A stretch of 32,107 nucleotides of DNA from IMG/VR virus record IMGVR_UViG_3300036804_000341, positions 1 to 32,107 of that record, one strand, 5' to 3'. The position numbers and the translations under genes were made by a program. Of this stretch, positions 25,664 to 32,107 are shown in pieces; positions within the stretch are counted from its first letter, which is position 1; each line of letters opens with the position of its first letter. The DNA is from a virus. Its lineage: Duplodnaviria > Caudoviricetes. The notes below the pieces were generated by a model. That model was not told the DNA's origin. It worked only from the letters and a program-made list of their open reading frames with translations, and did no database searches.

Positions 25664-25735
25664 TCGCCGACAAATAGCCCCTCACCAGACCAGCCAGGAC
25701 AATAACACTCGCCCACTAACCACGGAGTTAACCGG

Positions 25736-26923
25736 ATGAGTGATTTTCACCACGGCGTGCAGGTGCTTGAAATTAACGACGGCACCCGCGTCATTTCCAC
25801 AGTCTCGACCGCAATCATCGGCATGGTTTGCACGGCCAGCGATGCGGATGCAGAGACATTCCCCCTCAATGTGCCGGTACTGATTACCAGCGTGCAGAGT
25901 GCTATCGCAAAGGCCGGTAAATCAGGCACGCTGGCAGCATCCCTGCAGGCTATCGCCGACCAGGCCAAACCCGTCACTGTTGTCGTGCGCGTGGCCGAAG
26001 GTGTCGACGATGACCCGGTGGCAGCACAGGCGCAGACCATTTCCAATATCATCGGCGGTACGGATGAAAACGGTCAGTACACCGGTATTAAAGCGCTGTT
26101 GACTGCCGAGGCCGTCACCGGCGTCAAACCGCGCATTCTCGGAGTGCCGGGTCTCGATTCGCAGGAGGTAGCGACCGCGCTCGCGTCGGTATGTATCAGT
26201 CTCCGCGCATTCGGTTATATCAGCGCATGGGGCTGTAAGACCATTTCCGAGGCGATGGAATATCGCGAGAATTTCAGCCAGCGCGAGCTGATGGTCATCT
26301 GGCCTGATTTCCTGTCATGGGATACCACCACGAACGAGACCGCCACGGCCTACGCCACCGCGCGCGCACTCGGTCTGCGTGCTTATATCGACCAGACGGT
26401 CGGCTGGCACAAAACCCTGTCTAACGTTGGTGTGCAGGGCGTAACCGGTATCAGCGCCTCGGTCTTTTGGGATTTACAGGCATCCGGTACCGATGCCGAC
26501 TTGCTCAATGAGGCCGGTGTGACGACGCTGGTGCGTAAAGATGGTTTCCGCTTTTGGGGTAACCGCACCTGCTCTGATGATCCGCTTTTCATCTTCGAAA
26601 ACTACACCCGCACGGCGCAGGTGCTGGCCGACACAATGGCAGAGGCGCACATGTGGGCGGTTGATAAGCCCATTACCGCCACGCTCATTCGTGACATTGT
26701 CGACGGCATTAACGCCAAATTCCGCGAGCTGAAAACCAACGGCTATATCGTGGACGGCGAATGCTGGTTCGACGAGGAATCGAACGATAAAGAGACCCTC
26801 AAGGCCGGGAAATTGTACGTCGACTACGACTATACCCCCGTTCCGCCACTCGAAAGCCTGACCCTGCGCCAGCGTATCACCGATAAATATCTGGTGAATC
26901 TGGTCGACTCGGTCAACAGCTAA
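25736..26923 (+). CDS. FI: Tail sheath protein
   Basis: MSDFHHGVQV, KPRILGVPG, GFRFWGNRTCS; 395 aa. Confidence 0.97.
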   Translation: MSDFHHGVQVLEINDGTRVISTVSTAIIGMVCTASDADAETFPLNVPVLITSVQSAIAKAGKSGTLAASLQAIADQAKPVTVVVRVAEGVDDDPVAAQAQTISNIIGGTDENGQYTGIKALLTAEAVTGVKPRILGVPGLDSQEVATALASVCISLRAFGYISAWGCKTISEAMEYRENFSQRELMVIWPDFLSWDTTTNETATAYATARALGLRAYIDQTVGWHKTLSNVGVQGVTGISASVFWDLQASGTDADLLNEAGVTTLVRKDGFRFWGNRTCSDDPLFIFENYTRTAQVLADTMAEAHMWAVDKPITATLIRDIVDGINAKFRELKTNGYIVDGECWFDEESNDKETLKAGKLYVDYDYTPVPPLESLTLRQRITDKYLVNLVDSVNS

Positions 26924-26938
26924 GGAGTCTGAAACAAC

Positions 26939-27457
26939 ATGGCCTTACCCCGTAAACTCAAACACCTGAATATGTTCAATGACGGCCTCAGCTACATGGG
27001 CGTTGTTGAATCCGTGACGCTGCCGAAGCTGACACGCAAGCTCGAAAATTATCGCGGTGGCGGTATGAATGGCGCAGCGGCGATTGACCTCGGCCTCGAC
27101 GATGATGCGCTGACCGTCGAATGGTCTCTCGGTGGCCTGCCTGATGTGGCGCTGTGGGCGCAGTATGCCGCGCCGGGTGCGGATGCCGTACCGTTGCGCT
27201 TTGCTGGTTCTTATCAACGAGACGACACCGGCGAGACGGTCGCGGTTGAGGTGGTGATGCGTGGCCGCCACAAAGAAATCGACGGTGGCGAGCTCAAGCA
27301 GGGAGAGAACAGCTCAACCAAACTGAGCACCGTCTGCACCTATTACCGGCTCTCGATTGACGGTAAAGACGTCATTGAGATTGACGTTGTGAACCTCGTC
27401 GAAAAGGTCAACGGCGTCGACCGCATGGAACAGCACCGCCGCAACATCGGCCTGTAA
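26939..27457 (+). CDS. FII: Tail tube protein
   Basis: MALPRKLK.LNMF, YRGGGM, HRRNIGL; 172 aa. Confidence 0.97.
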   Translation: MALPRKLKHLNMFNDGLSYMGVVESVTLPKLTRKLENYRGGGMNGAAAIDLGLDDDALTVEWSLGGLPDVALWAQYAAPGADAVPLRFAGSYQRDDTGETVAVEVVMRGRHKEIDGGELKQGENSSTKLSTVCTYYRLSIDGKDVIEIDVVNLVEKVNGVDRMEQHRRNIGL

Positions 27458-27519
27458 TACCCTGACCGGTCAGCACTGCTGGCCGGTGATTAACCCCCAT
27501 TCAGAACAGAGAAAACATC

Positions 27520-27855
27520 ATGGCAAAAGCACCACGTAAAACCGCTGAATTTGTTGATACCGCTGGCAACGAAATTGACACCGTAAACCCGAACGTTGTG
27601 ACGCTCGATAAGCCGATTAAACGCGGCGGTCAGACGATTGATAAAGTCACCCTGATTGAGCCGAATGCCGGTACTCTGCGCGGCGTCAGTCTGGCGGCGG
27701 TGGCAAATTCCGAAGTCGATGCGCTGATTAAAGTGCTGCCGCGTATGACCTATCCCGCGCTCACCCCGCAGGAACTGACCGCGATGAATCTGCCCGATAT
27801 GCTGCAGCTTGCCGGTAAGGTGATCGGTTTTTTGTCTCCGGCTTCGGTGGAGTAG
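27520..27855 (+). CDS. E: Tail assembly chaperone E
   Basis: VTLDKPIKRG, PNAGTLRGVSL, KVIGFL. Confidence 0.92.
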   Translation: MAKAPRKTAEFVDTAGNEIDTVNPNVVTLDKPIKRGGQTIDKVTLIEPNAGTLRGVSLAAVANSEVDALIKVLPRMTYPALTPQELTAMNLPDMLQLAGKVIGFLSPASVE

Positions 27856-28007
27856 ATTTTCCGCCTGACCTGTCAACTGATGACCTGATGGCGGATATCG
27901 CAGTGATATTCCACTGGCCGCCGTCAGAGCTCTACTCCCTGAGCCTGACAGAGCTCATCACATGGCGCGACAAAGCGCTCCAGCGTAGCGGGCATTCAAA
28001 TGAGTAA
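27828..28007 (+). CDS. E' extension read by -1 programmed frameshift (E+E')
   Basis: Slippery TTTTTTG at 27828-27834; -1 frame open to TAA 28007 encoding ...MADIAVIFHWPPSELYSLSLTELITWRDKALQRSG. Confidence 0.88.
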   Translation, partial: FFVSGFGGVDFPPDLSTDDLMADIAVIFHWPPSELYSLSLTELITWRDKALQRSGHSNE

Positions 28008-30441
28008 TAACCTACGGCTTGAGGTTTTGCTGAAAGCGGTCGACCAGGCGACCCGACCGCTTAAATCCATTCAGACTGCGACAAAATCCCTGTCGGGTGA
28101 AATTCGTGAGTCTCAGAAGACGCTCCGAGACCTGAACGCTCAGGCGTCCAAAGTTGACGGTTTTCGCAAGGCAAGCGCGCAACTGGCGGTCACCAGTCAG
28201 TCACTTGAAAAAGCGAAGCGCGAAGCGGCAGAGCTGGCGGTACAGTTCCGCAATACTGCCAGCCCGACCCGCGCGCAGGCGCAGGCACTCGACGCGGCAA
28301 AGCGCTCTGCTGGCGAACTGCAAACCAAATACAACAGCCTGAGAACGTCGGTTCATCGTCAGCGCACCGAACTGATGCAGGTCGGTATCAACACACGCAC
28401 GCTTTCCGCCGATGAGCGTCGACTCAAAGCATCTTTAAGCGAGACGACGGCGCAACTTAACCGTCAGCGCGAAGCTCTGGCGCGGGTCAGTGCGCAGCAG
28501 GCGAAATTAAACCGGGTTAAAGAGCGCTATAAATCAGGTAAGGAACTGGCCGGTAATATGGCCGCAGCAGGTGCTGCCGGTGTTGGTATCGCCACGGCTG
28601 GAACAATGGTCGGGGTCAAATTACTGACGCCCGGTTATGACTTTGCGCAGAAAAACTCCGAGCTGCAGGCTGTGCTCGGAACTGATAAGCAATCACCTGA
28701 AATGCAGGCGCTACGCAAACAGGCGCGCCAACTCGGTGACAATACTGCAGCGTCTGCTGATGATGCGGCCAGTGCGCAAATTATTATCGCCAAAGGGGGC
28801 GGTGATGCCGCCGCGATTCAAGCGACGACACCAGTCACGTTGAATATGGCACTTGCGAATCAGCGCACGATGGAAGAAAACGCCGCTTTACTGATGGGAA
28901 TGCGCTCAGCCTTTCAGCTCTCCAATGACAAGGTTTCACACATTGGCGACGTATTGTCGACGGTCATGAATAAGACCGCTGCCGACTTTGACGGCCTCAG
29001 TGATGCGATGACGTATGCCGCGCCGGTCGCAAAAAATGCCGGTGTCAGTATCGAGGAAACCGCCGCAATGGTGGGTGCGTTGCACGATGCCAAAATCACC
29101 GGCTCGATGGCGGGTACCGGAAGCCGCGCAGTGCTGAGTCGCCTACAGGCACCGACCGGCAAAGCATCGGATGCGCTCAAGGAACTGGGCGTCAAAACAT
29201 CAGACAGCAAAGGCAATACGCGTCCGATATTCAGCATCCTGAAAGAAATGCAGGCCAGCTTTAAGCGCAACAATCTCGGCACCGGCCAGCAAGCCGAATA
29301 CATGAAAACGATATTTGGCGAAGAAGCCAGTTCATCGGCTAACGTGCTGATGGCGGCAGCAGCCAGCGGTAAACTCGACCAGCTCACCGCCGCGCTAAAA
29401 ACCTCCGACGGTAAAACTGAGGCGCTGGTCAAGGTGATGCAGGATAACCTCGGCGGCGACTTCAAAGAATTTCAGTCTGCTTATGAGGCGGTCGGTACCG
29501 ATCTTTTTGACCAGCAAGAGGGCTCGCTACGTAAGCTCACGCAAACTGCGACGCAGTATGTGCTTAAGCTCGACGGCTGGATCCAGAAAAATAAAAGTCT
29601 GGCGACGACAATCGGCATCATTGCCGGTGGCGCCCTGGCGCTGATTGGCATCATCGGCGGCATTGGCCTCGTTGCGTGGCCGGTAGTGATGGGAATTAAT
29701 GCCATTATCGCCGCCGCTGGTGTATTGGGTACCGTCTTCACTGTCGCAGGTAGTGCCATTGTGGCCGCGCTCGGGGCGATTACCTGGCCGATTGTGGCAA
29801 TCGGGGCGGCGTTCGTCGCTGTTGCGTTGCTTATACGTAAATATTGGGAGCCCATCAGCGCATTTTTCTCGGGGGTGATTGAGGGCATCATGAGTGCCTT
29901 TGCGCCGGTCGGGGAAATGTTCGCCCCGCTGGCTCCCATGTTTGACGGTCTCGGAGAGAAATTGCGCGGCGTCTGGCAGTGGTTCAAAGACCTGATTGCG
30001 CCAGTCAAGTCCACACAGGAAACGCTCGATAGCTGCAAAAATGTTGGCGTCATTTTTGGTCAGGCGCTGGCAGATGCCTTAATGGCACCGCTCAACGTTT
30101 TTAATAAGCTGCGCAGCGGCGTCGACTGGCTGCTCGAAAAGCTCGGCATCATCAGCAAAGAATCGGACGTTCTCGACAAGACTGCCGCCAAAACCAACGC
30201 CGCCACGCAGGGCAATTCCTACATCCCGGCAACCAGTGCATATGGCGGTTATCAGGCTTACAAGCCCGTTACCGCACCGGCGGGACGCTCTTACATTGAC
30301 CAGAGCAAAAGCGAATACAACATTACGCTACCGGGTGGCGTTGCGCCGGGGCATCAACTCGACCGCCAGCTCCGTGACACGCTCGAACAGATTGAGCGTG
30401 ATAAACGCGCGCGTCAGCGTGCCAGCATGACCCATGACTGA
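28000..30441 (+). CDS. T: Tape measure protein
   Basis: LEVLLKAVDQATRP, Ala/Gly-rich, MQDNLGGD; 813 aa. Confidence 0.96.
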   Translation: MSNNLRLEVLLKAVDQATRPLKSIQTATKSLSGEIRESQKTLRDLNAQASKVDGFRKASAQLAVTSQSLEKAKREAAELAVQFRNTASPTRAQAQALDAAKRSAGELQTKYNSLRTSVHRQRTELMQVGINTRTLSADERRLKASLSETTAQLNRQREALARVSAQQAKLNRVKERYKSGKELAGNMAAAGAAGVGIATAGTMVGVKLLTPGYDFAQKNSELQAVLGTDKQSPEMQALRKQARQLGDNTAASADDAASAQIIIAKGGGDAAAIQATTPVTLNMALANQRTMEENAALLMGMRSAFQLSNDKVSHIGDVLSTVMNKTAADFDGLSDAMTYAAPVAKNAGVSIEETAAMVGALHDAKITGSMAGTGSRAVLSRLQAPTGKASDALKELGVKTSDSKGNTRPIFSILKEMQASFKRNNLGTGQQAEYMKTIFGEEASSSANVLMAAAASGKLDQLTAALKTSDGKTEALVKVMQDNLGGDFKEFQSAYEAVGTDLFDQQEGSLRKLTQTATQYVLKLDGWIQKNKSLATTIGIIAGGALALIGIIGGIGLVAWPVVMGINAIIAAAGVLGTVFTVAGSAIVAALGAITWPIVAIGAAFVAVALLIRKYWEPISAFFSGVIEGIMSAFAPVGEMFAPLAPMFDGLGEKLRGVWQWFKDLIAPVKSTQETLDSCKNVGVIFGQALADALMAPLNVFNKLRSGVDWLLEKLGIISKESDVLDKTAAKTNAATQGNSYIPATSAYGGYQAYKPVTAPAGRSYIDQSKSEYNITLPGGVAPGHQLDRQLRDTLEQIERDKRARQRASMTHD

Positions 30442-30455
30442 GAGAGGATAAAACG

Positions 30456-30941
30456 ATGATGCTTGCGCTAGGAATGTTTGTATTTGAACGCCGTACCCTG
30501 CCTTATCAGTCGATGCAGCATTCGAAGGATTACCGCTGGGCGTCTAATGACCGGGTCGGCAAGCCGCCTGCCTATCAGTTTCTCGGCGAGGGGGAAACCT
30601 CCCGCCAGCTTACCGGCACGCTTTACCCTGCCATTACCGGCGGGCGCGTATCTTTGCAGACTGTCGAGCTAATGGCCGATGAGGGCAGGGCGTGGCCGCT
30701 GATTGAGGGTACCGGCAACATTCTCGGGATGTATATTGTCGACAAGGTATCGACTACAGACACCGAGTTTTTCAGCGACGGCGCAGCCAGGAAGATTGAT
30801 TTCACGCTGTCGCTAAAGCGGGTCGACGATTCCCTGACCTCAATGTTTGGCGACCTGAATAAACAGGCCAGTGAGCTTCTCGGCTCTGCCGGTAATCTGT
30901 CAGGGCAGTTGCAAAGTGCGCTCGGAGGGCTGACCGGATGA
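30456..30941 (+). CDS. U: Tail protein U
   Basis: MMLALGMFVF, G.AWPLIEGTG, RKIDFTLSLKRVD. Confidence 0.95.
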   Translation: MMLALGMFVFERRTLPYQSMQHSKDYRWASNDRVGKPPAYQFLGEGETSRQLTGTLYPAITGGRVSLQTVELMADEGRAWPLIEGTGNILGMYIVDKVSTTDTEFFSDGAARKIDFTLSLKRVDDSLTSMFGDLNKQASELLGSAGNLSGQLQSALGGLTG

Positions 30942-32107
30942 TAACAGGCATGACCATTGATGCCGGTGCCAGTCTCGCACCGGCATTTATGCTGACGCTG
31001 AACAGCCAGGACATTACCCGTAATTTTAGCGACCGGCTGATTTCACTCACCATGACCGACAATCGGGGTTTTGAGGCTGACCAGCTCGACATCGAGCTCG
31101 ATGATACTGACGGAAAAGTCGAGCTACCCCTGCGCGGGGCGGTGCTGACGTTGTGGCTTGGCTGGCAGGGCTCGGCGCTGATGGGTAAGGGCGATTTCAC
31201 GGTCGATGAGATTGAGCACCGGGGCGCACCTGATACCCTGACTATCCGGGCTCGCAGTGCTGACTTTCGCGGTACGCTCAATTCCCGGCGTGAAGAATCG
31301 TGGCACGACACCACGCTCGACGAACTGGTCAGCACTATTGCGAAGCGCAACAAACTGACGGCCAGCGTCGCGGATGTACTGAAAAAAATCCCGGTACCGC
31401 ACATCGACCAGTCGCAGGAATCCGACGCGGTATTTCTGAACCGGCTGGCTGACCGTAACGGGGCGGCGGTTTCCGTGAAAGCGGGGAAACTGCTGTTTCT
31501 GAAAGCGGGGAGTGCGACGACGGTCAGCGGTAAGCCCGTTCCGCAAATGACGCTGACCCGTAGTGACGGCGACCGTCATCAGTTTGCTATCGCTGACCGT
31601 GGGGCTTATACCGGCGTAACCGCTAAATGGTTACACACCAAAGACCCGAAGCCGCAAAAACAGAAAGTGACGCTGAAACGCCAGCCAAAAGAGAAGCACC
31701 TGCGCGCACTTGAGCACCCGAAAGCAAAGCCGGTCAGCAAAAAAGCAAAGGCTAAAAAAGAGCAGGAATCTCGCGAGGGTGAGTATATGGCCGGTGACGC
31801 TGATAACGTGCTGGCACTGACAACGGTCTACGCTTCAAAGGCGCAGGCGATGCGCGCCGCTCAGGCTAAGTGGGATAAACTGCAGCGAGGCGTTGCGGAG
31901 TTTTCAATTACGCTGGCGCTCGGTCGTGCAGATTTATTCCCTGAAACGCCGGTGCAGGTATCAGGCTTTAAGCGCGTCATAGACGAGCAGTCATGGTTAA
32001 TCAGCAAGGTAACCCACAATCTCAACAATAGCGGCTTCACGACGAGCTTAGAGTTTGAGGTTAAGTTATCTGATGTTGAGTACAGTTCAGAAGATGATAG
32101 CGAATAA
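30938..32107 (+). CDS. D: Late control / baseplate hub protein D
   Basis: TDNRGFEADQLDIELDD, HIDQSQESD, LQRGVAEFSI. Confidence 0.96.
   Translation: MITGMTIDAGASLAPAFMLTLNSQDITRNFSDRLISLTMTDNRGFEADQLDIELDDTDGKVELPLRGAVLTLWLGWQGSALMGKGDFTVDEIEHRGAPDTLTIRARSADFRGTLNSRREESWHDTTLDELVSTIAKRNKLTASVADVLKKIPVPHIDQSQESDAVFLNRLADRNGAAVSVKAGKLLFLKAGSATTVSGKPVPQMTLTRSDGDRHQFAIADRGAYTGVTAKWLHTKDPKPQKQKVTLKRQPKEKHLRALEHPKAKPVSKKAKAKKEQESREGEYMAGDADNVLALTTVYASKAQAMRAAQAKWDKLQRGVAEFSITLALGRADLFPETPVQVSGFKRVIDEQSWLISKVTHNLNNSGFTTSLEFEVKLSDVEYSSEDDSE

Larger units (their letters stand above)
1138..32107. mobile_element. P2-like (186-type) prophage or phage genome, continuing past the right edge
   Basis: att, int, cI/apl/cII switch, A plus ori, tum, cos and Q through D in full P2/186 synteny. 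Confidence 0.98.

Noticed and set aside
24400-25735. Tail-fibre invertible segment or diversity-generating retroelement
   Set aside because: No invertase, inverted crossover sites, reverse transcriptase or template repeat was seen.
21503-27457. Tailocin, eCIS or T6SS built from the contractile-tail genes together with hcp
   Set aside because: Capsid, terminase, cos, replication and integrase genes are all present, so this is a phage tail; FII is its own tube protein.
12449-31579. Many long antisense or alternate-frame ORFs (e.g. 12763-13398, 14633-15229, 21403-22077, 23420-24046, 29481-30053, 30802-31404)
   Set aside because: Shadow ORFs of GC-rich, well-conserved structural genes, with no motifs of their own.

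Overview
Almost the whole window (about 1138 to beyond 32107) is a P2-family temperate phage of the coliphage 186 type, and I see no disrupted genes in it. It starts at an att core that is the 3' half of a tRNA-Ile(CAU)-type gene. It then runs through int-cI / apl-cII (pR, FL/FR operators and a CII site are recognisable), the early genes, rolling-circle replicase A with its ori, a LexA-controlled tum operon, cos, and the head, lysis and tail modules up to gpD. ogr/B and the second att site are not in the window. Three AT-rich cargo genes sit in variable slots. (1) An OLD-like ABC-ATPase/TOPRIM gene is translationally coupled to int; its C-terminus is encoded by the att-arm repeats and looks like the usual integrase tail. 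(2) An unknown helical protein with its own sigma70 promoter lies in the A-Q hotspot. (3) An unknown twin-arginine (Tat) signal protein with a hydrophobic helix and coiled coil lies between S and V. Left of att is an orphan hcp plus a DUF2778/Tlde1-like T6SS effector gene, next to arm-like repeats, so it may be cargo of this or a neighbouring mobile element. All family assignments come from motifs, synteny and recalled homologues; no searches were run.
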